Of a stretch of 64,000 bases of DNA, positions 34,801-49,800 are shown piece by piece. The position numbers were made by a program, and so were the translations under genes. The notes beneath the pieces are model-generated. The model saw only the letters and a program-made list of their open reading frames with translations. It was not told where the DNA came from and did no database searches. The stretch is from Nemertoderma westbladi (Eukaryota > Animalia > Xenacoelomorpha). Each line of letters begins with the position of its first letter. The stretch's first letter is position 1. Location of the stretch: assembly GCA_032718475.1 (NCBI GenBank), contig JAUCBJ010008661.1, positions 66,523-130,522 on the forward strand. Reading direction: 5' to 3'.

Positions 34801-37800
34801 TGGATGGGTTCTCGTGTATGGATTCGTGGATCCGTGGATGGGTTCTCGTGTATGGAGTTCGTGGATCCATGGATGGGTTCTCGTGTATGGAGTTCGTGGA
34901 TCCGTAGATGGGTTCTCGTGTATGGAGCTCGTGGATCCGTAGATGGGTTCTCGTGTATGGAGTTCGTGGATCCGCCGATGGGTTCTCGTGTATGGAGTTC
35001 GTGGATCCGTGGATGGGTTCTCGTGTATGGAGTTCGTGGATCCATGGATGGGTTCTCGTGTATGGAGTTCGTGGATCCGTAGATGGGTTCTCGTGTATGG
35101 AGTTCGTGGATCCATGGATGGGTTCTCGTGTATGGAGTTCGTGGATCCGTAGATGGGTTCTCGTGTATGGAGCTCGTGGATCCGTAGATGGGTTCTCGTG
35201 TATGGAGTTCGTGGATCCATGGATGGGTTCTCGTGTATGGAGTTCGTGGATCCATGGATGGGTTCTCGTGTATGGAGTTCGTGGATCCGTGGATGGGTTC
35301 TCGTGTATGGAGTTCGTGGATCCGTGGATGGGTTCTCGTGTATGGAGTTCGTGGATCTGTGGATCCGTGGATGGGTTCTCGTGTATGGAGTTCGTGGATC
35401 CGTCGATGGGTTCTCGTGTATGGATTCGTGGATCCGTAGATGGTTTCTCGTGTATGGATTCGTGGATCCGTGGATGGGTTCTCGTATATGGAGTTCGTGG
35501 ATCCGTCGATGGGTTCTCGTGTATGGATTCGCGGATCCGTGGATGGGTTCTTGTATATGGAGTTCGTGGATCAGTGGATGGGTTCTCGTGTATGGAGATC
35601 GTGGATCCGTCGATGGGTTCTCGTGTATGGATTCGTGGATCCGTGGATGGGTTCTTGTGTATGGAGTTCGTGGATCCGTAGATGGGTTCTCGTGTATGGA
35701 TTTCGTGGATCCGTGGATGGGTTCTCGTGTATGGAGTTCGTGGATCAGTGGATGGGTTCTCGTGTATGGAGTTCGTGGATCCTTCGATGGGTTCTTGTGT
35801 ATGGAGTTCGTGGATCTGTGGATCCGTGGATGGGTTCTCGTATATGGAGTTCGTGGATCCGTGGATGGGTTCTCGTGTATGGAGTTCGTGGATCCGTGGA
35901 TGGGTTCTCGTGTATGGATTCGTGGATCCGTGTATGGGTTCTCGTGTATGGAGTTCGTGGATCCGTGGATAGGTTCTCGTATATGGAGTTCGTGAATCTG
36001 TGGATCAGTGGATGGGTTCTCGTGTATGGAGTTCGTGGATCCGTAGATGGGTTCTCGTGTATGGATTCGTGGATCCGTAGATGGTTTCTCGTGTATGGAT
36101 TCGTGGATCCGTGGATGGGTTCTCGTATATGGAGTTCGTGGATCCGTCGATGGGTTCTCGTGTATGGATTCGCGGATCCGTGGATGGGTTCTTGTATATG
36201 GAGTTCGTGGATCAGTGGATGGGTTCTCGTGTATGGAGATCGTGGATCCGTCGATGGGTTCTCGTGTATGGATTCGTGGATCCGTGGATGGGTTCTTGTG
36301 TATGGAGTTCGTGGATCCGTAGATGGGTTCTCGTGTATGGATTTCGTGGATCCGTGGATGGGTTCTCGTGTATGGAGTTCGTGGATCAGTGGATGGGTTC
36401 TCGTGTATGGAGTTCGTGGATCCTTCGATGGGTTCTTGTGTATGGAGTTCGTGGATCTGTGGATCCGTGGATGGGTTCTCGTGTATGGAATTCGTGGATC
36501 CGTAGGTGGGTTCTCGTGTATGGAGTTTGTGGATCTGTGGATGGGTTCTCATGTATGGAGTTCGTGGATCAGTGGATGGGTTCTCGTGTATGGATTCGTG
36601 GATCCGTCGATGGGTTCTCGTGTATGGATTCGTGGATCCGTGGATGGGTTCTCGTGTATGGAGTTCGTGGATCCGTGGATGGGTTCTCGTGTATGGAGTT
36701 CGTGGATCTGTGGATCCGTGGATGGGTTCTCGTGTATGGAGTTCGTGGATCCGTCGATGGGTTCTCGTGTATGGATTCGTGGATCCGTCGATGGGTTCTC
36801 GTGTATGGAGTTCGTGGATCAGTGGATGGGTTCTCGGTATGGAGTTCATGGATCCGTCGATGGGTTCTCGTGTATGGATTCGTGGATCCGTGGATGGGTT
36901 CTCGTGTATGGAGTTCGTGCATCCGTAGATGGGTTCTCGTGTATGGAGTTCTTGGATCTGTGGATGGGTTCTCATGTATGGAGTAGGTGGATCAGTGGAT
37001 GGGTTCTCGTGTATGGAGTTCGTGGATCCGTCGATGGGTTCTCGTGTATGGATTCGTGGATCCGTGGATGGGTTCTCGTGTATGGAGTTCGTGGATCCAT
37101 GGATGGGTTCTCGTGTATGGAGTTCGTGGATCCGTAGATGGGTTCTCGTGTATGGAGCTCGTGGATCCGTGGATGTGTTCTCGTGTATGGAGTTCGTGGA
37201 TCCGAGGATGGGTTCTCGTATATGGAGTTCGTGGATTCGTCGATGGGTTCTCGTGTATGGATTCGTGGATCCGTGGATGTGTTCTCTTGTATGGAGTTCG
37301 TGGATCTGTGGATGGGTTCTCGTGCATGGAGTTCGTGGGTCTGTGGATGGGTTCTCGTGTACGGAGTTCGTGGATCTGTGGATGGGTTCTCATGTATGGA
37401 GTTCGTGGATCCTTCTCGTGTATGGAGTTTGTGGATCTGTGGATGGGTTCTCGTGTATTGTGTTCGTGGATCTGTGGATGGGTTCTCGTGTATGGAGTTC
37501 GTGGATCCGTGGATGGGTTCTCGTGTATGGAGTTCGTGGATCTGTGGATGGGTTCTCGTGTACGGAGTTCGTGGATCTGTGGATGGGTTCTCGTGTATGG
37601 AGTTCGTGGTTCCGTGGAAGGTTTCTCGTGTTGGAGTTCGTGGATCTGTGGATGGGTTCTCGTGTACGGAGTTAGTGGATCTGTGGATGGGTTCTTGTGT
37701 ATGGAGTTCGTGGTTCCGTGGAAGGTTTCTCGTGTTGGAGTTCGTGGATCTGTGGATGGGTTCTCGTGTATGGAGTTCGTGGATCTGTGGATGGGTTCTC

Positions 37801-40800
37801 GTGTATGGAGTTCGTGGTTCCGTGGAAGGTTTCTCGTGTTGGAGTTCGTGGATCTGTGGATGGGTTCTCGTGTATGGAGTTCGTGGTTCCTTGGAAGGGT
37901 TCTCGTGTTGGAGTTCGTGGATCCGTGGATCCGTGGATGGGTTCTCATGTATGGAGTTCGTGGATCTGTGGATGGGTTCTCGTGCATGGATTCGTGGATC
38001 CGTGGATGGGTTCTCGTATATGGAGTTCGTGGATCCGTGGATGGGTTCTCGTGTATGGAGTTCGTGGATCCGTGGATGGGTTCTCGTGTATGGATTCGTG
38101 GATCCGTGTATGGGTTCTCGTGTATGGAGTTCGTGGATCCGTGGATAGGTTCTCGTATATGGAGTTCGTGAATCTGTGGATCAGTGGATGGGTTCTCGTG
38201 TATGGAGTTCGTGGATCCGTAGATGGGTTCTCGTGTATGGATTCGTGGATCCGTAGATGGTTTCTCGTGTATGGATTCGTGGATCCGTGGATGGGTTCTC
38301 GTATATGGAGTTCGTGGATCCGTCGATGGGTTCTCGTGTATGGATTCGCGGATCCGTGGATGGGTTCTTGTATATGGAGTTCGTGGATCAGTGGATGGGT
38401 TCTCGTGTATGGAGATCGTGGATCCGTCGATGGGTTCTCGTGTATGGATTCGTGGATCCGTGGATGGGTTCTTGTGTATGGAGTTCGTGGATCCGTAGAT
38501 GGGTTCTCGTGTATGGATTTCGTGGATCCGTGGATGGGTTCTCGTGTATGGAGTTCGTGGATCAGTGGATGGGTTCTCGTGTATGGAGTTCGTGGATCCT
38601 TCGATGGGTTCTTGTGTATGGAGTTCGTGGATCTGTGGATCCGTGGATGGGTTCTCGTGTATGGAATTCGTGGATCCGTAGGTGGGTTCTCGTGTATGGA
38701 GTTTGTGGATCTGTGGATGGGTTCTCATGTATGGAGTTCGTGGATCAGTGGATGGGTTCTCGTGTATGGATTCGTGGATCCGTCGATGGGTTCTCGTGTA
38801 TGGATTCGTGGATCCGTGGATGGGTTCTCGTGTATGGAGTTCGTGGATCCGTGGATGGGTTCTCGTGTATGGAGTTCGTGGATCTGTGGATCCGTGGATG
38901 GGTTCTCGTGTATGGAGTTCGTGGATCCGTCGATGGGTTCTCGTGTATGGATTCGTGGATCCGTCGATGGGTTCTCGTGTATGGAGTTCGTGGATCAGTG
39001 GATGGGTTCTCGGTATGGAGTTCATGGATCCGTCGATGGGTTCTCGTGTATGGATTCGTGGATCCGTGGATGGGTTCTCGTGTATGGAGTTCGTGGATCC
39101 GTAGATGGGTTCTCGTGTATGGAGTTCTTGGATCTGTGGATGGGTTCTCATGTATGGAGTACGTGGATCAGTGGATGGGTTCTCGTGTATGGAGTTCGTG
39201 GATCCGTCGATGGGTTCTCGTGTATGGATTCGTGGATCCGTGGATGGGTTCTCGTGTATGGAGTTCGTGGATCCATGGATGGGTTCTCGTGTATGGAGTT
39301 CGTGGATCCGTAGATGGGTTCTCGTGTATGGAGCTCGTGGATCCGTAGATGGGTTCTCGTGTATGGAGTTCGTGGATCCGCCGATGGGTTCTCGTGTATG
39401 GAGTTCGTGGATCCGTGGATGGGTTCTCGTGTATGGAGTTCGTGGATCCATGGATGGGTTCTCGTGTATGGAGTTCGTGGATCCGTAGATGGGTTCTCGT
39501 GTATGGAGCTCGTGGATCCGTAGATGGGTTCTCGTGTATGGATTCGTGGATCCGTGGATGGGTTCTTGTGTATGGAGTTCGTGGATCAGTGGATGGGTTC
39601 TCGTGTATGGAGTTCGTGGATCCGTCGATGGGTTCTCGTGTATGGATTCGTGGATCCGTGGATGGGTTCTCGTGTATGGAGTTCGTGGATCCATGGATGG
39701 GTTCTCGTGTATGGAGTTCGTGGATCCGTCGATGGGTTCTCGTGTATGGATTCGTGGATCCGTGGATGGGTTCTCGTGTATGGAGTTCGTGGATCCATGG
39801 ATGGGTTCTCGTGTATGGAGTTCGTGGATCCGTGGATGGGTTCTTGTGTATGGAGTTCGTGGATCAGTGGATGGGTTCTCGTGTATGGATTCGTGGATCC
39901 GTGGATGGGTTCTCGTGTATGGAGTTCGTGGATCCATGGATGGGTTCTCGTGTATGGAGTTCGTGGATCCGTAGATGGGTTCTCGTGTATGGAGCTCGTG
40001 GATCCGTAGATGGGTTCTCGTGTATGGAGTTCGTGGATCCGCCGATGGGTTCTCGTGTATGGAGTTCGTGGATCCGTGGATGGGTTCTCGTGTATGGAGT
40101 TCGTGGATCCATGGATGGGTTCTCGTGTATGGAGTTCGTGGATCCGTAGATGGGTTCTCGTGTATGGAGTTCGTGGATCCATGGATGGGTTCTCGTGTAT
40201 GGAGTTCGTGGATCCGTAGATGGGTTCTCGTGTATGGAGCTCGTGGATCCGTAGATGGGTTCTCGTGTATGGAGTTCGTGGATCCATGGATGGGTTCTCG
40301 TGTATGGAGTTCGTGGATCCATGGATGGGTTCTCGTGTATGGAGTTCGTGTATCCATGGATGGGTTCTCGTGTATGGAGTTCGTGGATCCGTGGTTGGGT
40401 TCTCGTGTATGGAGTTCGTGGATCCGTGGATAGGTTCTCGTATATGGAGTTCGTGAATCTGTGGATCAGTGGATGGGTTCTCGTGTATGGAGTTCGTGGA
40501 TCCGTAGATGGGTTCTCGTGTATGGATTCGTGGATCCGTAGATGGTTTCTCGTGTATGGATTCGTGGATCCGTGGATGGGTTCTCGTATATGGAGTTCGT
40601 GGATCCGTCGATGGGTTCTCGTGTATGGATTCGCGGATCCGTGGATGGGTTCTTGTATATGGAGTTCGTGGATCAGTGGATGGGTTCTCGTGTATGGAGA
40701 TCGTGGATCCGTCGATGGGTTCTCGTGTATGGATTCGTGGATCCGTGGATGGGTTCTTGTGTATGGAGTTCGTGGATCCGTAGATGGGTTCTCGTGTATG

Positions 40801-43800
40801 GATTTCGTGGATCCGTGGATGGGTTCTCGTGTATGGAGTTCGTGGATCAGTGGATGGGTTCTCGTGAATGGAGTTCGTGGATCCTTCGATGGGTTCTTGT
40901 GTATGGAGTTCGTGGATCTGTGGATCCGTGGATGGGTTCTCGTGTATGGAATTCGTGGATCCGTAGATGGGTTCCCGTGTATGGAGTTCGTGGATCTGTG
41001 GATGGGTTCTCATGTATGGAGTTCGTGGATCAGTGGATGGGTTCTCGTGTATGGATTCGTGGATCCGTCGATGGGTTCTCGTGTATGGATTCGTGGATCC
41101 GTGGATGGGTTCTCGTGTATGGAGTTCGTGGATCCGTGGATGGGTTCTCGTGTATGGAGTTCGTGGATCTGTGGATCCGTGGATGGGTTCTCGTGTATGG
41201 AGTTCGTGGATCCGTCGATGGGTTCTCGTGTATGGATTCGTGGATCCGTGGATGGGTTCTCGTGTATGGAGTTCGTGGATCCATGGATGGGTTCTCGTGT
41301 ATGGAGTTCGTGGATCCGTGGATGGGTTCTTGTGTATGGAGTTCGTGGATCAGTGGATGGGTTCTCGTGTATGGAGTTCGTGGATCCGCCGATGGGTTCT
41401 CGTGTATGGAGTTCGTGGATCCGTGGATGGGTTCTCGTGTATGGAGTTCGTGGATCTGTGGATGGGTTCTCGTGTACGGAGTTCGTGGATCCGTGGATGG
41501 GTTCTCGTATATGGAGTTCGTGGATCCGTCGATGGGTTCTCGTGTATGGAGTTCGTGGATCCGTCGATGGGTTCTTGTGTATGGAGTTCGTGAATCTGTG
41601 GATCAGTGGATGGGTTCTCGTGTATGGAGTTCGTGGATCCGTCGATGGGTTCTCGTGTATGGAGTTCGTGGATCAGTGGATGGGTTCTCGTGTATGGAGT
41701 TCGTGGATCCTTCGATGGGTTCTTGTGTATAGAGTTCGTGGATCAGTGGATGGGTTCTCGTGTATGGAGATCGTAGATCAGTGGATGGGTTCTCGTGTAT
41801 GGAGATCGTAGATCAGTGGATGGGTTCTCGTGTATGGAGTTCGTGGATCCGTCGATGAGTTCTCGTGTATGGATTCGTGGATCCGTGGATGGGTTCTCGT
41901 GTATGGAGTTCGTGGATCCGTGGATGGGTTCTCGTGTATGGAGTTCGTGGATCCGTGGATGGGTTCTCGTGTATGGAGTTCGTGGATCCGAGGATGTGTT
42001 CTCGTGTATGGAGTTTGTGGATCCGTAGATGGGTTCTCGTGTATGGAGTTCGTGGATCCGAGGATGGGTTCTCGTGTATGGAGTTCGTGGATCTGTGGAT
42101 GGGTTCTCATGTATGGAGTTCGTGGATCAGTGGATGGGTTCTCGTGTATGGAGTTAGTGGATCTGTGGATGGGTTCTTGTGTATGGAGTTCGTGGATCTG
42201 TGGATGGGTTCTCGTGTATGGAGTTCGTGGTTCCGTGGAAGGTTTCTCGTGTTGGAGTTCGTGGATCTGTGGATGGGTTCTCGTGTATGGAGTTCGTGGA
42301 TCTGTGGATGGGTTCTCGTGTATGGAGTTCGTGGTTCCGTGGAAGGTTTCTCGTGTTGGAGTTCGTGGATCTGTGGATGGGTTCTCGTGTATGGAGTTCG
42401 TGGTTCCTTGGAAGGGTTCTCGTGTTGGAGTTCGTGGATCCGTGGATCCGTGGATGGGTTCTCATGTATGGAGTTCGTGGATCTGTGGATGGGTTCTCGT
42501 GCATGGATTCGTGGATCCGTGGATGGGTTCTCGTATATGGAGTTCGTGGATCCGTGGATGGGTTCTCGTGTATGGAGTTCGTGGATCCGTGGATGGGTTC
42601 TCGTGTATGGATTCGTGGATCCGTGTATGGGTTCTCGTGTATGGAGTTCGTGGATCCGTGGATAGGTTCTCGTATATGGAGTTCGTGAATCTGTGGATCA
42701 GTGGATGGGTTCTCGTGTATGGAGTTCGTGGATCCGTAGATGGGTTCTCGTGTATGGATTCGTGGATCCGTAGATGGTTTCTCGTGTATGGATTCGTGGA
42801 TCCGTGGATGGGTTCTCGTATATGGAGTTCGTGGATCCGTCGATGGGTTCTCGTGTATGGATTCGCGGATCCGTGGATGGGTTCTTGTATATGGAGTTCG
42901 TGGATCAGTGGATGGGTTCTCGTGTATGGAGATCGTGGATCCGTCGATGGGTTCTCGTGTATGGATTCGTGGATCCGTGGATGGGTTCTTGTGTATGGAG
43001 TTCGTGGATCCGTCAATGGGTTCTCGTGTATGGATTCGCGGATCCGTGGATGGGTTCTTGTATATGGAGTTCGTGGATCAGTGGATGGGTTCTCGTGTAT
43101 GGAGATCGTGGATCCGTCGATGGGTTCTCGTGTATGGAGTTCGTGGATCCGTAGATGGGTTCTCGTGTATGGATTTCGTGGATCCGTGGATGGGTTCTCG
43201 TGTATGGAGTTCGTGGATCAGTGGATGGGTTCTCGTGTATGGAGTTCGTGGATCCTTCGATGGGTTCTTGTGTATGGAGTTCGTGGATCTGTGGATCCGT
43301 GGATGGGTTCTCGTGTATGGAATTCGTGGATCCGTAGATGGGTTCTCGTGTATGGAGTTCGTGGATCTGTAGATGGGTTCTCGTGTATGGAGTTCGTGGA
43401 TCTGTGGATGGGTTCTCATGTATGGAGTTCGTGGATCAGTGGATGGGTTCTCGTGTATGGATTCGTGGATCCGTCGATGAGTTCTCGTGTATGGATTCGT
43501 GGATCCGTGGATGGGTTCTCGTGTATGGAGTTCGTGGATCCGTGGATGGGTTCTCGTGTATGGAGTTCGTTGATCTGTGGATCCGTGGATGGGTTCTCGT
43601 GTATGGAGTTCGTGGATCCGTCGATGGGTTCTCGTGTATGGATTCGTGGATCCGTCGATGGGTTCTCGTGTATGGAGTTCGTGGATCAGTGGATGGGTTC
43701 TCGTGTATGGAGTTCATGGATCCGTCGATGGGTTCTCGTGTATGGATTCGTGGATCCGTGGATGGGTTCTCGTGTATGGAGTTCGTGGATCCGTAGATGG

Positions 43801-46800
43801 GTTCTCGTGTATGGAGTTCTTGGATCTGTGGATGGGTTCTCATGTATGGAGTACGTGGATCAGTGGATGGGTTCTCGTGTATGGAGTTCGTGGATCCGTC
43901 GATGGGTTCTCGTGTATGGATTCGTGGATCCGTGGATGGGTTCTCGTGTATGGAGTTCGTGGATCCATGGATGGGTTCTCGTGTATGGAGTTCGTGGATC
44001 CGTAGATGGGTTCTCGTGTATGGAGTTCGTGGATCCGTGGATGGGTTCTCGTGTACGGAGTTCGTGGATCCGTGGATGGGTTCTCGTATATGGAGTTCGT
44101 GGATCCGTCGATGGGTTCTCGTGTATGGATTCGTGGATCCGTGGATGGGTTCTTGTGTATGGAGTTCGTGGATCAGTGGATGGGTTCTCGTGTATGGAGA
44201 TCGTAGATCAGTGGATGGGTTCTCGTGTATGGAGATCGTAGATCAGTGGATGGGTTCTCGTGTATGGAGTTCGTGGATCCGTCGATGGGTTCTCGTGTAT
44301 GGATTCGTGGATCCGTAGATGGGTTCTCGTGTATGGAGTTCGTGGATCCATGGATGGGTTCTCGTGTATGGAGTTCGTGGATCCGTAGATGGGTTCTCGT
44401 GTATGGATTCGTGGATCCGTAGATGGGTTCTCGTGTATGGATTCGTGGATCCGTAGATGGGTTCTCGTGTATGGAGTTCGTGGATCCGTAGATGGGTTCT
44501 CGTATATGGAGTTCTTGGATCTGTGGATGGGTTCTCATGTATGGAGTTCGTGGATCAGTGGATGGGTTCTCGTGTATGGAGTTCGTGGATCCGTCGATGG
44601 GTTCTCGTGTATGGATTCGTGGATCCGTAGATGGGTTCTCGTGTATGGAGTTCGTGGATCCATGGATGGGTTCTCGTGTATGGAGTTCGTGGATCCGTAG
44701 ATGGGTTCTCGTGTATGGATTCGTGGATCCGTAGATGGGTTCTCGTGTATGGAGTTCGTGGATCCGTCGATGGGTTCTCGTGTATGGAGTTCGTGGTTCC
44801 GTGGAAGGTTTCTCGTGTTGGAGTTCGTGGATCCTTCGATGGGTTCTTGTGTATAGAGTTCGTGGATCAGTGGATGGGTTCTCGTGTATGGAGTTCGTGA
44901 ATCTGTGGATCAGTGAATGGGTTCTCGTGTATGGAGTTCGTGGATCTGTGGATCAGTGGATGGGTTCTCGTGTATGGAGTTCGTGGATCCGTCAATGGGT
45001 TCTCGTGTATGGAGTTCGTGGATCCGTCGATGGGTTCTTGTGTATGGAGTTCGTGAATCTGTGGATCAGTGGATGGGTTCTCGTGTATGGAGTTCGTGGA
45101 TCCGCCGATGGGTTCTCGTGTATGGAGTTCGTGGATCAGTGGATGGGTTCTCGTGTATGGAGTTCGTGGATCCTTCGATGGGTTCTTGTGTATAGAGTTC
45201 GTGGATCAGTGGATGGGTTCTCGTGTATGGAGATCGTAGATCAGTGGATGGGTTCTCGTGTATGGAGATCGTAGATCAGTGGATGGGTTCTCGTGTATGG
45301 AGTTCGTGGATCCGTTGATGGGTTCTCGTGTATGGATTCGTGGATCCGTGGATGGGTTCTCGTGTATGGAGTTCGTGGATCCGTGGATGGGTTCTCGTGT
45401 ATGGAGTTCGTGGATCCGTGGATGGGTTCTCGTGTATGGAGTTCGTGGATCCGAGGATGTGTTCTCGTGTATGGAGTTTGTGGATCCGTAGATGGGTTCT
45501 CGTGTATGGAGTTCGTGGATCCGAGGATGGGTTCTCGTGTATGGAGTTCGTGGATCTGTGGATGGGTTCTCATGTATGGAGTTCGTGGATCAGTGGATGG
45601 GTTCTCGTGTATGGAGTTCGTCGATCCGTGGATGGGTTCTCGTGTATGGAGTTCGTGGATCAGTGGATGGGTTCTCGTGTATGGAGTTCGTGGATCCGTA
45701 GATGGGTTCTCGTGTATGAATTTGTGGATCCGTGGATGAGTTCTAGTGTATGGAGTTCGTGGATCAGTGGATGGGTTCTGGTGTATGGAGTTCATGGATC
45801 CGTCGTTGGGTTCTCGTGTATGGATTCGTGGATCCGTGGATGGGTTCTCGTGTATGGAGTTCGTGGATCCGTAGATGGGTTCTCGTGTATGGAGTTCTTG
45901 GATCTGTGGATGGGTTCTCATGTATGGAGTACGTGGATCAGTGGATGGGTTCTCGTGTATGGAGTTCGTGGATCCGTCGATGGGTTCTCGTGTTGGAGTT
46001 CGTGGATCCGTGGATCCGTGGATGTGTTCTCGTGTATGGAGTTCGTGGATCCATGGATGGGTTCTCGTGTATGGAGTTCGTGGATCCGTAGATGGGTTCT
46101 CGTGTATGGAGCTCGTGGATCCGTAGATGGGTTCTCGTGTATGGAGTTCGTGGATCCGTCGATGGGTTCTCGTGTATGGAGTTCGTGGATCAGTGGATGG
46201 GTTCTCGTGTATGGAGTTCGTGGATCCGTCGATGGGTTCTCGTGTATGGATTCGCGGATCCGTGGATGGGTTCTCGTGTATGGAGTTCGTGGATCCATGG
46301 ATGGGTTCTCGTGTATGGAGTTCGTGGATCCGTAGATGGGTTCTCGTGTATGGAGTTCGTGGATCCGTGGATGGGTTCTCGTGTACGGAGTTCGTGGATC
46401 CGTGGATGGGTTCTCGTATATGGAGTTCGTGGATCCGTCGATGGGTTCTTGTGTATGGAGTTCGTGGATCCGTAGATGGGTTCTCGTGTATGAATTCGTG
46501 GATCCGTGGATGGGTTCTCGTGTATGGAGTTCGTGGATCCGTAGATGGGTTCTCGTGTATGGATTTCGTGGATCCGTGGATGGGTTCTCGTGTATGGAGT
46601 TCGTGGATCAGTGGATGGGTTCTCGTGTATGGAGTTCGTGGATCCTTCGATGGGTTCTTGTGTATGGAGTTCGTGAATCTGCGGATCAGTGGATGGGTTC
46701 TCGTGTATGGAGTTCGTGGATCCTTCTCGTGTATGGTTTGTGGATCCGTAGATGGGTTCTCGCGTATTGTGTTCGTGGATCTGTGGATGCGTTCTCGTAT

Positions 46801-49800
46801 ATGGAGTTCGTGGATCCGTGGATGGGTTCTCGTGTATGGAGTTCGTGGATCTGTGGATGGGTTCTCGTGTATGGAGTTCGTGGATCTGTGGATGGGTTCT
46901 CGTGTATGGAGTTCGTGGATCCGTGGATGGGTTCTCGTGTATGGAGTTCGTGGATCTGTGGATAGGTTCTCGTATATGGAGTTCGTGAATCTGTGGATCA
47001 GTGGATGGGTTCTCGTGTATGGAGTTCGTGGATCCGTAGATGGGTTCTCGTGTATGGATTCGTGGATCCGTAGATGGTTTCTCGTGTATGGATTCGTGGA
47101 TCCGTGGATGGGTTCTCGTATATGGAGTTCGTGGATCCGTCGATGGGTTCTCGTGTATGGATTCGCGGATCCGTGGATGGGTTCTTGTATATGGAGTTCG
47201 TGGATCAGTGGATGGGTTCTCGTGTATGGAGATCGTGGATCCGTCGATGGGTTCTCGTGTATGGATTCGTGGATCCGTGGATGGGTTCTTGTGTATGGAG
47301 TTCGTGGATCCGTCAATGGGTTCTCGTGTATGGATTCGCGGATCCGTGGATGGGTTCTTGTATATGGAGTTCGTGGATCAGTGGATGGGTTCTCGTGTAT
47401 GGAGATCCTGGATCCGTCGATGGGTTCTCGTGTATGGAGTTCGTGGATCCGTAGATGGGTTCTCGTGTATGGATTTCGTGGATCCGTGGATGGGTTCTCG
47501 TGTATGGAGTTCGTGGATCAGTGGATGGGTTCTCGTGTATGGAGTTCGTGGATCCTTCGATGGGTTCTTGTGTATGGAGTTCGTGGATCTGTGGATCCGT
47601 GGATGGGTTCTCGTGTATGGAATTCGTGGATCCGTAGATGGGTTCTCGTGTATGGAGTTCGTGGATCTGTAGATGGGTTCTCGTGTATGGAGTTCGTGGA
47701 TCTGTGGATGGGTTCTCATGTATGGAGTTCGTGGATCAGTGGATGGGTTCTCGTGTATGGATTCGTGGATCCGTCGATGAGTTCTCGTGTATGGATTCGT
47801 GGATCCGTGGATGGGTTCTCGTGTATGGAGTTCGTGGATCCGTGGATGGGTTCTCGTGTATGGAGTTCCTGGATCTGTGGATCCGTGGATGGGTTCTCGT
47901 GTATGGAGTTCGTGGATCCGTCGATGGGTTCTCGTGTATGGATTCGTGGATCCGTCGATGGGTTCTCGTGTATGGAGTTCGTGGATCAGTGGATGGGTTC
48001 TCGTGTATGGAGTTCATGGATCCGTCGATGGGTTCTCGTGTATGGATTCGTGGATCCGTGGATGGGTTCTCGTGTATGGAGTTCGTGGATCCGTAGATGG
48101 GTTCTCGTGTATGGAGTTCTTGGATCTGTGGATGGGTTCTCATGTATGGAGTACGTGGATCAGTGGATGGGTTCTCGTGTATGGAGTTCGTGGATCCGTC
48201 GATGGGTTCTCGTGTATGGATTCGTGGATCCGTGGATGGGTTCTCGTGTATGGAGTTCGTGGATCCATGGATGGGTTCTCGTGTATGGAGTTCGTGGATC
48301 CGTAGATGGGTTCTCGTGTATGGAGCTCGTGGATCCGTAGATGGGTTCTCGTGTATGGAGTTCGTGGATCCGCCGATGGGTTCTCGTGTATGGAGTTCGT
48401 GGATCCGTGGATGGGTTCTCGTGTATGGAGTTCGTGGATCCATGGATGGGTTCTCGTGTATGGAGTTCGTGGATCCGTAGATGGGTTCTCGTGTATGGAG
48501 CTCGTGGATCCGTAGATGGGTTCTCGTGTATGGATTCGTGGATCCGTGGATGGGTTCTTGTGTATGGAGTTCGTGGATCAGTGGATGGGTTCTCGTGTAT
48601 GGAGTTCGTGGATCCGTCGATGGGTTCTCGTGTATGGATTCGTGGATCCGTGGATGGGTTCTCGTGTATGGAGTTCGTGGATCCATGGATGGGTTCTCGT
48701 GTATGGAGTTCGTGGATCCGTAGATGGGTTCTCGTGTATGGAGTTCGTGGATCCGTGGATGGGTTCTCGTGTACGGAGTTCGTGGATCCGTGGATGGGTT
48801 CTCGTATATGGATTTCGTGGATCCGTCGATGGGTTCTCGTGTATGGATTCGTGGATCCGTGGATGGGTTCTTGTGTATGGAGTTCGTGGATCAGTGGATG
48901 GGTTCTCGTGTATGGAGATCGTAGATCAGTGGATGGGTTCTCGTGTATGGAGATCGTAGATCAGTGGATGGGTTCTCGTGTATGGAGTTCGTGGATCCGT
49001 CGATGGGTTCTCGTGTATGGATTCGTGGATCCGTAGATGGGTTCTCGTGTATGGAGTTCGTGGATCCATGGATGGGTTCTCGTGTATGGAGTTCGTGGAT
49101 CCGTAGATGGGTTCTCGTGTATGGATTCGTGGATCCGTAGATGGGTTCTCGTGTATGGATTCGTGGATCCGTAGATGGGTTCTCGTGTATGGAGTTCGTG
49201 GATCCGTAGATGGGTTCTCGTGTATTGAGTTCTTGGATCTGTGGATGGGTTCTCATGTATGGAGTTCGTGGATCAGTGGATGGGTTCTCGTGTATGGAGT
49301 TCGCGGATCCGTCGATGGGTTCTCGTGTATGGATTCGTGGATCCGTAGATGGGTTCTCGTGTATGGAGTTCGTGGATCCATGGATGGGTTCTCGTGTATG
49401 GAGTTCGTGTATCCGTAGATGGGTTCTCGTGTATGGATTCGTGGATCCGTAGATGGGTTCTCGTGTATGGAGTTCGTGGATCCGTCGATGGGTTCTCGTG
49501 TATGGAGTTCGTGGTTCCGTGGAAGGTTTCTCGTGTTGGAGTTCGTGGATCCTTCGATGGGTTCTTGTGTATAGAGTTCGTGGATCAGTGGATGGGTTCT
49601 CGTGTATGGAGTTCGTGAATCTGTGGATCAGTGAATGGGTTCTCGTGTATGGAGTTCGTGGATCTGTGGATCAGTGGATGGGTTCTCGTGTATGGAGTTC
49701 GTGGATCCGTCGATGGGTTCTCGTGTATGGAGTTCGTGGATCCGTCGATGGGTTCTTGTGTATGGAGTTCGTGAATCTGTGGATCAGTGGATGGGTTCTC